DNA of 26,491 nt from Alphaproteobacteria bacterium. GTDB taxonomy: Bacteria; Pseudomonadota; Alphaproteobacteria; WRDZ01. The notes under the pieces were generated by a model, which worked only from the letters and a program-made list of their open reading frames with translations, did no database searches and was not told the DNA's origin. The DNA is taken from the NCBI GenBank assembly GCA_009779595.1, contig WRDZ01000001.1, positions 1 to 26,491 of the forward strand, written 5' to 3'. The translations under genes and the position numbers were made by a program. Of this stretch, positions 1-7,357 are shown piece by piece. Position 1 is the stretch's first letter; every line of letters starts with the position of its first letter.

Positions 1-549
1 GCCCAAAAACCCAGGCAAACCGGCGCAACCCTGTCGGCGGTGATGCTTACGTCCATATACGATTTCGCGGGCATATCGGCCATGGGCGACGAAAGGAAGA
101 CAAAGAAGGCCTTGGACGTGCACAACTTCATAGTGCGCAACGCCCTGGCCAGCTTCCACGGGACCGAGATACGCCACACGGGCATGGGCATAGCCGCCGC
201 TTTCCGCAAATGCGGCGACGCCGCTGCCGCTGCCAAGCAGATAACCGAGGATTTCGCCGTGCGCGTGAACGCCCTGGGCGACAAGAACGACAAGAGCTCG
301 CAGGCTTTGAAGCTTATGGTGAAGATAGGCGTCAACGCCGGACAGGGCGACACGGCGAACATTGACGCGCTGGAAAGCTCTTTGGCCACGGCGGCCAGGC
401 TATGTGATTATGCCGGGGCCGGGCAGGCCCTGCTGGCCGGGGATATAACTCCCGACGAAATAGGCGACAGGAAGGCGCGCCTGATAGATTTGGGTATAAA
501 AAGCGTGCCCGGAATTAACCAGTCGTTAAGGCTTTTTTCACTATACTAA
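1..549 (+). CDS. Adenylate/guanylate cyclase (class III) domain protein, degenerate; 5' end lies outside the window
   Basis: Frame +1 is open from base 1. It matches the cyclase pattern: VMLTSIYDFA (cf. VxFTDIVGF), EIRHTGMG (cf. KxxGDG), KIGVNAG (cf. RIGxxxG), TAARLC..A..GQAL. Confidence 0.8.
   Translation, partial: AQKPRQTGATLSAVMLTSIYDFAGISAMGDERKTKKALDVHNFIVRNALASFHGTEIRHTGMGIAAAFRKCGDAAAAAKQITEDFAVRVNALGDKNDKSSQALKLMVKIGVNAGQGDTANIDALESSLATAARLCDYAGAGQALLAGDITPDEIGDRKARLIDLGIKSVPGINQSLRLFSLY
515..529 (+). promoter_or_regulatory. CtrA-type box TTAA-N7-TTAA with -10 TATACT (542-547), upstream of the 605 ORF
   Basis: TTAA CCAGTCG TTAA is read directly, and the -10 hexamer starts after 12 nt. 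Confidence 0.6.
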
Positions 550-604
550 ACCAGTTGGAATGATTTTTGCATATCCTGCGGCATAAACTTGTAAGGAGCT
601 TGCC

Positions 605-1426
605 ATGACTGCATTCGGTGTACAGAGTGTACAGCCATCCCTTTTGGGAGTCTGGCGCAAAACGGTACAAGGACCGTTCAACAGCGCCGAAGGGATGAAA
701 TTCGCCCGCGACGTCGGGTTCATCCGCACCAACGTAAGCCGTTTGAACGTTATATCGTCCCTGACAAAGGGTAAGAATGAAAACTGGTTCAGATTCCAGG
801 TGCAGTCGTCGGGCAATTTCAGGCTGACGGTAAGGCACTCAAGCAGCGAGGCGAGTTCGGAAAACGCGCTTGCCAACCCCGACGGCGAGCCTGACTTCGA
901 CGACATCATGGACATGTTCCGCGCGGCCGGGATACGCGTCGAGGTGCACAGGCAGACCACGCGCGGCAGCACGGTCATCGCGTCCAACGACGAAACCGCA
1001 GGAAAGGCGTTCGAAGCTTTCGAACAGATGATGTATGGAGAGTTCCGGTTCCAGCAAGCCGACAGGGGCGAATACTTCATACGCATTGCGCGCATTGACC
1101 CAAGAAACAATAATTCCGAAGAATTCGTCGCCCTGCAGATGCAGATGGGCCAGTTTTTCAGGCATGACTATACCACCATACAGGCCCCTCCGCAAGGCCA
1201 GGACCCGGGGCCGCGGGGCAACATCGACCACCTGCTTAGCCAGGTCATGCACACCAGCATGATGACCACCATACAGGGAGCGTCCAATATCCTGGAAATC
1301 GGCGCGATGAACATGTCGCAGTTCACGGGCCCCAGGCAGCAGCCCAGCATTTTCGGCACAAGCATATTCGACATAATGGGCTTTGGCAACAGAGGAAACA
1401 TATTCGATATCCTGGGCCGCGCCTGA
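605..1426 (+). CDS. Hypothetical protein (273 aa), possible PPC-like beta-sandwich N-terminal region
   Basis: Long ORF with SD TAAGGAG. The segment ARDVG..RLNVISSL....NWFRFQV resembles Rhodospirillales hypothetical proteins (recalled, not searched). Confidence 0.75.
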   Translation: MTAFGVQSVQPSLLGVWRKTVQGPFNSAEGMKFARDVGFIRTNVSRLNVISSLTKGKNENWFRFQVQSSGNFRLTVRHSSSEASSENALANPDGEPDFDDIMDMFRAAGIRVEVHRQTTRGSTVIASNDETAGKAFEAFEQMMYGEFRFQQADRGEYFIRIARIDPRNNNSEEFVALQMQMGQFFRHDYTTIQAPPQGQDPGPRGNIDHLLSQVMHTSMMTTIQGASNILEIGAMNMSQFTGPRQQPSIFGTSIFDIMGFGNRGNIFDILGRA

Positions 1427-1462
1427 GCCTGAAGCAGCGGCTTGTTTTTCACATTATCGGCC

Positions 1463-1485
1463 TCTTAAACAATTTCTTAAACAAT
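1463..1485. promoter_or_regulatory. 11-bp perfect direct repeat TCTTAAACAAT x2 (period 12) upstream of the AIM24 gene
   Basis: Copies at 1463-1473 and 1475-1485 in AT-rich intergenic DNA. Confidence 0.45.
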
Positions 1486-1519
1486 ATGCCATATCATAAG
1501 CATATAGGAGGCTTTCCAT

Positions 1520-2494
1520 ATGTCCAACTTCTGGTACCTTGGCATAAACGGCAACAAAATCGGCCCCATGGAAGAGGCTCAGGCCAAAGCCATGGCCAAA
1601 GAACACCCCAAGGCGCTGGCATGGCGGCAGGGGTTCGAGCAATGGCGCCCTGTGCACGAGGTGCACGAGCTTGCCGGCATAGTGTATGACCCCGGGCAGG
1701 CGGACACTTCGCAAGTCCCCTTGATGAGCATGGAAACCCGCCCCGCGGAAGCCCATGATATCGAGTTCCGCGTTTTCGGCCACGACCTGCAGTTCCTGGA
1801 AATCTTCCTTGACCGCAGCAAAGGCGTCATCGCCCAGCCCGGGGCGTTCGTGTACAAGGACTCTGCGGTCAAGATGGAGGCCATAGTGGGAAGCGGCAGG
1901 TCGCGCGGCGGATTCTTAAGCAAGATATTCGCGGCCTCACGCCGGGTCATCGCGGGCGAGCGTTTCTTCCTCACCACCTTCACAAACACGTCCGCCAACA
2001 AAAGCAAAATCGCTTTCGGCCCCCCGTATCCCGGCCGCATAATGCCCATAAACCTCAAGCAGTCCGGCGGCAGCATCATATGCCAGCGCAGCGCCTTCCT
2101 ATGCGCGGCCCGGGGAATCAAAATCGACTTCTTCTTCCAGAGGAAGCTGGCGGTCGCGATTTTCGGCGGCGAAGGCTTCATCATGCAGAAACTTATCGGC
2201 GACGGGCTTGTCTTCGTCCACGCGGGCGGCATGATAAAGGAATTCGTGCTTCGCCCCGGCGAAACCATGGACGTGGAAACCGGCTCTTTGGTCGGGTTCG
2301 AAACCACCGTGTCGTTCGACATCGCCTTTGCCGGAGGGCTGAAAGCCCAGATGTTCGCGGGCGAAGGCTTCTTCATATCGCGCATGACCGGACCGGGCCG
2401 CGTGTGGATACAGTCCATGCCGTTCAACCATATCGTGAAAGAATTCTTCAAGGTGCTTGGCATAGACGCGCGGAAAATAAGCCGCCTGCGTTAA
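1520..2494 (+). CDS. TIGR00266/AIM24 family protein with N-terminal GYF_2 domain
   Basis: N-terminal WYL..NG.KIGP...LAWRQGFEQW (GYF_2), then GEGFIMQKLIGDG.VFVHAGG and GEG.F...TGPGRVWIQSMPF. SD ATAGGAG. Confidence 0.9.
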   Translation: MSNFWYLGINGNKIGPMEEAQAKAMAKEHPKALAWRQGFEQWRPVHEVHELAGIVYDPGQADTSQVPLMSMETRPAEAHDIEFRVFGHDLQFLEIFLDRSKGVIAQPGAFVYKDSAVKMEAIVGSGRSRGGFLSKIFAASRRVIAGERFFLTTFTNTSANKSKIAFGPPYPGRIMPINLKQSGGSIICQRSAFLCAARGIKIDFFFQRKLAVAIFGGEGFIMQKLIGDGLVFVHAGGMIKEFVLRPGETMDVETGSLVGFETTVSFDIAFAGGLKAQMFAGEGFFISRMTGPGRVWIQSMPFNHIVKEFFKVLGIDARKISRLR

Positions 2495-2505
2495 TGCTTT
2501 GTTAA
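2490..2505 (-). promoter_or_regulatory. CtrA box, full TTAA-N7-TTAAC match on the minus strand; -10 TAACAT at 2517-2522 for the SBP gene
   Basis: The minus strand reads TTAA CAAAGCA TTAAC. The -10 hexamer starts 11 nt after the box. Confidence 0.65.
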
Positions 2506-2567
2506 ACCCCGCTATGTAACATCATAATTACTTTTACAGCATATATTAAACTATAAAGAGAAGCGCC

Positions 2568-3323
2568 ATGAAAAAGCTTATATCATTTGCCGCGGTCCTG
2601 TCGGCAGTGTTCGGCCTGGGCACGGCAAAAGCCACGGCCATCAACGATATACGTTTTTATACCGAGCAGTTCCCGCCGCTTAACTTCAAGCAGGACGGCA
2701 AGCTTACGGGAATTATGGTGGACGTGCTGGAAATAATATTCGGGAAAATGGACTCGAGGCAGACCGTCGACAACATCACCCTGACCGAATGGAACATAGC
2801 GCTGGACAGAGTCATGTCCGGACCCAACACATCGCTGTTCGCCATCGTCAAAACTCCGCGGCGCGAAGCCGCCGGCTTGAAATGGGCGGGCGCGGTCCTG
2901 TCGGTAACCGTCGATGCCATCGCCAGGAAAGACAGCCATATCGTGATAAGCGATGACAGGGAGCTGGCCGATTTCAGCATTGTCGTCGTCAAAGACGACA
3001 TCGGGCACCAAAAAGCCATGGAAATGGGGCTGCCGGCAAGGAACATCACGGTAAAGAACACCGCCGAGGAAGCCATACAAGAGCTGCACGATGGCAGGGC
3101 GGAGTTCATGTTCTACACCGAAGTCGCCGCCAAGTGGATAATGAAGAACATGGGCCTGGACCCGGACGACTATGCCAAATCCTGGACTCTGCAAAGGACG
3201 CCGGTATATTATGCGTTCAGCAAGGACGTAAGCAATGATTTCGTCGAGAAGTTCCAGGAAGCCCTGGACGAAGTTCTGATAAGCCCCCAATACCAGGACA
3301 TAGTCGACAAGTACACCAGATAG
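2568..3323 (+). CDS. Orphan solute-binding protein, family 3 (amino-acid-binding type), with signal peptide
   Basis: Signal peptide; motifs YTEQFPPLNF..DGKLTGI.VDVL, R......KWAG, YYAFSKD. No permease or ATPase adjacent. Confidence 0.88.
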   Translation: MKKLISFAAVLSAVFGLGTAKATAINDIRFYTEQFPPLNFKQDGKLTGIMVDVLEIIFGKMDSRQTVDNITLTEWNIALDRVMSGPNTSLFAIVKTPRREAAGLKWAGAVLSVTVDAIARKDSHIVISDDRELADFSIVVVKDDIGHQKAMEMGLPARNITVKNTAEEAIQELHDGRAEFMFYTEVAAKWIMKNMGLDPDDYAKSWTLQRTPVYYAFSKDVSNDFVEKFQEALDEVLISPQYQDIVDKYTR

Positions 3324-3335
3324 CCTGCCGGCGGG

Positions 3336-3647
3336 CTATACGCGCGCCAGAATCTGGTACGCGGCGTTAAGCTTGGCCATGCGGGCCGTGCTGCCAAGCT
3401 CCGAGCTGTCGGGGTGGAAAACGCAAGCCAGCATCTTATAGCGCATCGCGACCAGCCGCGCGTCTATGGCCGTGTTGGGCGAAAAGCCGAACACGAACAT
3501 CGCGTCGGCCTTGTTGCGCACCTGGCTTACGCTGTCGAAGGCCAGCGCGCCAAGTATGACTTTCAGCCGCTCGTTCTGGTCGCGCAAAAGGCGGTTTTCG
3601 GCCTCAAGCTCTTCCGTATAGCTTTGTATCTTTATCACCTTAACCAT
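3336..3647 (-). CDS. Small J-domain protein with N-terminal coiled coil (103 aa; start moved to MVKVIK)
   Basis: RYKMLACVFHPD...MAKLNAAYQIL gives helix II-HPD-helix III. EELEAENRLLRDQNERLK is a heptad segment. Confidence 0.8.
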   Translation of the reverse strand: MVKVIKIQSYTEELEAENRLLRDQNERLKVILGALAFDSVSQVRNKADAMFVFGFSPNTAIDARLVAMRYKMLACVFHPDSSELGSTARMAKLNAAYQILARV

Positions 3648-3727
3648 GAACTTTAACCCTAATGCGATATTCCCGTCCAGTTGTATGCCATTATACAATA
3701 AAAACCTATATAAGGCAAGGAAGAAAT

Positions 3728-4819
3728 ATGCAACAACTTTTGCAGCAGGGACGGCTTTTATTGGCGGCTATCGAGGAAATACGCCGCAGCCCCGGCGGGT
3801 TCCGCGCGATGATAGTGCGCACCTCCAAGCTGGCCGCCGGGCAGAAAAGCCCCGGCAAGATGCTGCTGGCCGCAAGGATTTTCGATGTGAAGACCCGCGG
3901 GACGAACAACGCCCTGTACCTGCTGCCAAGCGGCGACATGGTGTTCATGGGGAGCGACATATCATCGGACGAGCTTGGGCAGCTGGCCAAACAGGCGGCC
4001 GAAGCCATTGCCCAAGGGGCGGACGGGATAGGCGTGCCGCAGGATTTTGCCGTCATATACAGGCTTGACCGGCAGTTCGACGACTTCTCCAAGGCGGCCG
4101 CGGACATGGCGACCTTAAAAGTCCGGGCTAAAAAGTGGGCTCCCGTTACAAACGCCCCGAAACTGGACGCGGGCTTGCTTGAGATGCTGGAATCCAGGCT
4201 GCCCAGCTTCAACATCACGGCGGCTTTGAAGACCCGCGATGTCTTCGACCTTGAAACAAGGTCCGCGGCGTTCACCGAGTATTACGTTTCGGTGGACACG
4301 CTGCGCGCGGTTTTGGGCTTTGCCGGGGTGGACATGCTGGCCGACTATTGGCTGTTTTCGTACGTCACCACCCTGTTCGATTCCATGATGCTGCGCGATT
4401 TCGACTGGAGCGCCGGACACCAGGCCATCGCGCTGAACCTTAACCTTATGTCCATGGGAAAGCTTGGGCAGGTGCTGGAACGGCCTTTGATAGCCAAGTT
4501 TTCCGTGCCCGACGTGCTGATGAACTATGAAACCTATAACGGGCTGAGCGGCGTGCGCAAGATGATAAGCCGCATCACCCTGACCGACATGGCGGCCCTG
4601 AACTGCGATGCTTTCAACGCCGATTTCATCCAGCTTTTCTGGTCCCACGAGTTCATACTGCCGGAAAACAAAAAAATGCTGGGGGAGAAAATAGGCCTTA
4701 TAGGGGCCGGGAAAATAGTGCTTGCGGGCGCCGATTCGCAGGATTCGATAACATGGGGCAAAAGAACGGGCATACGGCTTTACCAGGGACGGGCCGCTGA
4801 AAAAGAGGCCGGGCGATGA
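3728..4819 (+). CDS. Degenerate GGDEF-like/EAL-like domain protein 1 (363 aa)
   Basis: SD AAGGA before ATG 3728. EAL-fold pattern EYYVSV...WLFSYVT..FD....ALNLNL...IQLFW...IVL resembles Rhodospirillales EAL-like proteins. Confidence 0.65.
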   Translation: MQQLLQQGRLLLAAIEEIRRSPGGFRAMIVRTSKLAAGQKSPGKMLLAARIFDVKTRGTNNALYLLPSGDMVFMGSDISSDELGQLAKQAAEAIAQGADGIGVPQDFAVIYRLDRQFDDFSKAAADMATLKVRAKKWAPVTNAPKLDAGLLEMLESRLPSFNITAALKTRDVFDLETRSAAFTEYYVSVDTLRAVLGFAGVDMLADYWLFSYVTTLFDSMMLRDFDWSAGHQAIALNLNLMSMGKLGQVLERPLIAKFSVPDVLMNYETYNGLSGVRKMISRITLTDMAALNCDAFNADFIQLFWSHEFILPENKKMLGEKIGLIGAGKIVLAGADSQDSITWGKRTGIRLYQGRAAEKEAGR

Positions 4820-5982
4820 GCGGCCAGGGCAATAGCACGGACGTGGACGCGGGCTGGGCAAGCGGCATGCAGGGCAACCCGCTGCTGGATTTCCTGCAGT
4901 CCATGGAACCGCCGGACAAGCAGGACTGGCTGGCCGTGCTTCTAAGGTTCGGCTCTCTTGGGCTTGGACCGCACGACGACGCGAAAATAAAGCGCATGGA
5001 ACAGCTTTTCCAGCAGGCGGCCCTGCGCAAGGAATGTCGGTTCTTCCCGATACACGGCAGCGACTCGGCCGTATTGTACCGCCGCGGGAACGCCGACATC
5101 ATAGACGCCATGCTGATGAAAGCGGCGTTCATGTTCGCGGCCGACAAGGACAGCTTTTCCAAGGGTTACGACCTGGGCGGCGATTTCGACGCGCTGGCAA
5201 AAGAGGCCAGCCTGCTGCCTGTGGTCGGCGAACTGAAGGCCGCGGCCAAGGGAAGCGGCCGGGGCCTTGAGCCCGCCATATACGAACAGGGCCGGCTTAC
5301 GCCCGTTTCCCTGAAGATGCTGGAAGACCAGATAATGAACACCGACATGGCCGGCAGGATAAGGCGCAGCCCGGTCGCGGTCCTTGCCGGCGAATCGGCC
5401 CCTGTAAAGCTGTTCGACATGCTTGGCATACCAATCAGCGAAATCGAATCGGCCATAGACCCAAGCCTGGACCTGCGCGGGAACTGCTGGCTTTTGCAGC
5501 ACATAAAAGAGCTTTTGCAAATGGCGGCCGTCCGCCACATAATCCGCAGGCCGCGCAGGTCCGCAAGCGATTTCGGGCTGGACATATCGGTGCGGCAGGC
5601 CCAGGGCGAAGATTTCCTGCGCCTTGAAAGCATGATTGACAAAGGCGCGCGCAAAAGCATTGTCTTCAATTTCGACATTGTCGACATAGCCGCCGACGCC
5701 AAAGGATGGGTGGCGGCCAGCCAGCTTATAAGGCAGGGCGGCTTCCGCACGGCCGTCAGGCTTTGCAAGCCCGCCGCCTTGATAGACGTTGGTTTTTTAA
5801 ACCCGGACTTCCTGTTCGTTCCAGCGGAAATATATGCGGACGGCGGGGAACCGGCTCCTGCGTTCGATGCGGAAAGAATCATCGCCCACAACGTGTCCGA
5901 CAAGCAGCAGGCAGACCAGGCCGCCAGGGCAGGAATCAAGATGTTCTGCGGCGAGCATATAAACTCTTTGCTGAAAGGCTAG
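4816..5982 (+). CDS. Degenerate GGDEF-like/EAL-like domain protein 2 (388 aa), paralog of protein 1
   Basis: ATGA overlap with the upstream stop. LTP..L..LE..I...D....IRR...WLLQHI...IIAHNV.D..Q...A..AGI.MF.G matches an EAL C-terminus. Confidence 0.65.
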   Translation: MSGQGNSTDVDAGWASGMQGNPLLDFLQSMEPPDKQDWLAVLLRFGSLGLGPHDDAKIKRMEQLFQQAALRKECRFFPIHGSDSAVLYRRGNADIIDAMLMKAAFMFAADKDSFSKGYDLGGDFDALAKEASLLPVVGELKAAAKGSGRGLEPAIYEQGRLTPVSLKMLEDQIMNTDMAGRIRRSPVAVLAGESAPVKLFDMLGIPISEIESAIDPSLDLRGNCWLLQHIKELLQMAAVRHIIRRPRRSASDFGLDISVRQAQGEDFLRLESMIDKGARKSIVFNFDIVDIAADAKGWVAASQLIRQGGFRTAVRLCKPAALIDVGFLNPDFLFVPAEIYADGGEPAPAFDAERIIAHNVSDKQQADQAARAGIKMFCGEHINSLLKG

Positions 5983-5996
5983 GCTTTTGCCGGTTG

Positions 5997-7295
5997 TCAC
6001 TGCCAAGGCACGAAATAGTTCACGATATAATCGGCTATGGACAAAAGGAACAGGCCCGCGCCCAGCAAAGCTACCTTTTTCCAGTCCAGCTTGCCAAGCA
6101 TGCTGGCTATGGCAAAGCCGATGAAGGCCAGCAGCGCCGCAGTGTAAACAACGCCTTTAAGCCCCTCGTAAAGCTCTTTTAGCCTTTCGGTGATTTCCGC
6201 GAACGCGGAACCGCTGCCGCCCGGACCACCGGGGCCACCAGGCCCGCCAGGTCCACCCGGACCGCCGGGGCCGCCGGGACCACCAGTTCCGGGAGCGCTG
6301 GTTTCGGTCTGCACCATGCGGCCGTCAGGAGTCCTAAAATACGTTTGCCCGTCCAAGCCCCTATACGACCCGTCCGGGTTTCGCGTATAGAACCCCGAGC
6401 TTGCGTCCGCAGGCGCCCACTGGCCGCCGGGCGTCTGCTGGACCAGATTCCCGTTGCTGTCACGGCCAAAGCCCGGGGCGCCCGGAATCTCCGTCACTCC
6501 CGGTCCACCGGGTCCACCCGGACCGCCGGGGCTTCCGATACCGCCCGGCTGGTTCTGGTTATTTCCGCCCCCCGGACCGCCGCCTCCGGGAGCGGTCGTC
6601 CCCGGTGAATCACCGCCTGCCGTGCCTCCGCGCGGGGGACGGCCGGGGGGAGATACGTCCTGATTCTGTATGGGCACGCCGTCAGGACCTACCGTGGTCC
6701 CGCGCGGCGGGCGACCGGGGGGAGACGCATCCTGATTCTGTATGGGCACGCCGTCAGGACCTACCGTGGTCCCGCGCGGCGGGCGACCGGGAGGAGACGC
6801 GTCCTGGTTCTGTCCGGGAAAGCCGCCCGGCTGTTGTCCTGCCGTGTCGCCCCGCGCCGGCCGGCCCGGAGGGACATTGCCGCCTTGGCCGCCTCTGATA
6901 TCGAAATTCAGGTTCACGTCAAAGTTTATGGGCGGCCCGCTGCCGGACCCGCCGCCGGTCCTTGCGGGCTGTTGTTCGGGCAGCACCATGACCCCGGAGT
7001 TATTCCAATATATCCTTCCGTCCTGGCCTGTGAACGACCCGTCCCGATTCTGCGTGAAAAACCCGGACGCGGGGGACGCGGGCTCCCACCGGGCGCTGTC
7101 CCTGTTCCAGTGGAAAACCACGTTCTGGTAAACGCCGTAGCTGGGGTGGTCGATGATGATGTTGAATTCGGACTGCCTTGCGGACCCGCCACGCGCGCCC
7201 GTGTCCAAGCCTTCGCTGCTGAAACCGTACTGCGCCACCGCCGCGCTTCCTGCCGAAACAAGCGCCAAAAACAATAACGCAACAAAATTACGCAT
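5997..7295 (-). CDS. Secreted Gly/Pro-rich repeat protein with C-terminal TrbC/VirB2-like pilin domain (432 aa)
   Basis: SD GGGGA; signal peptide MRNFVALL..AVA. The last ~70 aa form two hydrophobic helices around a GKLDWKK loop, typical of VirB2/TrbC pilins. Confidence 0.75.
   Translation of the reverse strand: MRNFVALLFLALVSAGSAAVAQYGFSSEGLDTGARGGSARQSEFNIIIDHPSYGVYQNVVFHWNRDSARWEPASPASGFFTQNRDGSFTGQDGRIYWNNSGVMVLPEQQPARTGGGSGSGPPINFDVNLNFDIRGGQGGNVPPGRPARGDTAGQQPGGFPGQNQDASPPGRPPRGTTVGPDGVPIQNQDASPPGRPPRGTTVGPDGVPIQNQDVSPPGRPPRGGTAGGDSPGTTAPGGGGPGGGNNQNQPGGIGSPGGPGGPGGPGVTEIPGAPGFGRDSNGNLVQQTPGGQWAPADASSGFYTRNPDGSYRGLDGQTYFRTPDGRMVQTETSAPGTGGPGGPGGPGGPGGPGGPGGPGGSGSAFAEITERLKELYEGLKGVVYTAALLAFIGFAIASMLGKLDWKKVALLGAGLFLLSIADYIVNYFVPWQ
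6216..6284 (-). repeat. (Gly-Gly-Pro)x7-GG coding repeat
   Basis: Protein-level repeat encoded with varied synonymous codons. Confidence 0.9.
6659..6802 (-). repeat. 72-bp tandem repeat, 2 copies (70/72 identical) plus partial flanking copies; encodes QNQDASPPGRPPRGTTVGPDGVPI
   Basis: Units 6659-6730 and 6731-6802 aligned by hand, with 2 mismatches. Confidence 0.95.
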
Positions 7296-7318
7296 AGCCG
7301 ATTCCCCGCAAGCATGCC

Positions 7319-7334
7319 TTAGCAAGTTCTTAAC
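7319..7334 (+). promoter_or_regulatory. CtrA-type box TTAG-N7-TTAAC (1 mismatch) in the divergent promoter; -10 TAACAT at 7345-7350
   Basis: TTAG CAAGTTC TTAAC, followed by a -10 with 11-nt spacing as at 2491-2522. Confidence 0.55.
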
Positions 7335-7357
7335 TCTTGCATACTAACATAACATAC

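Noticed and set aside
1427-1450. Intrinsic terminator after the 605 ORF
   Set aside because: Only a 4-5 bp stem before a short T run; too weak to call.
3640-3657. Full CtrA box TTAAC...TTAAC
   Set aside because: The spacing is N9, not N7; kept only as a possible TTAACCAT half-site.
3648-3727. ORF-track upstream starts for 3336-3698 and 3662-4819 (likewise 7325, 7337, 8808, 15340, 17061, 18259)
   Set aside because: Downstream ATGs have better SD or promoter support and avoid overlapping divergent genes.
6190-6390. Collagen-like (GPP)n ORF on the + strand (also 6454-6663)
   Set aside because: Antisense shadow of the pilin (GGP)n tract, since GGN and CCN codons are complementary. No SD or signal peptide.
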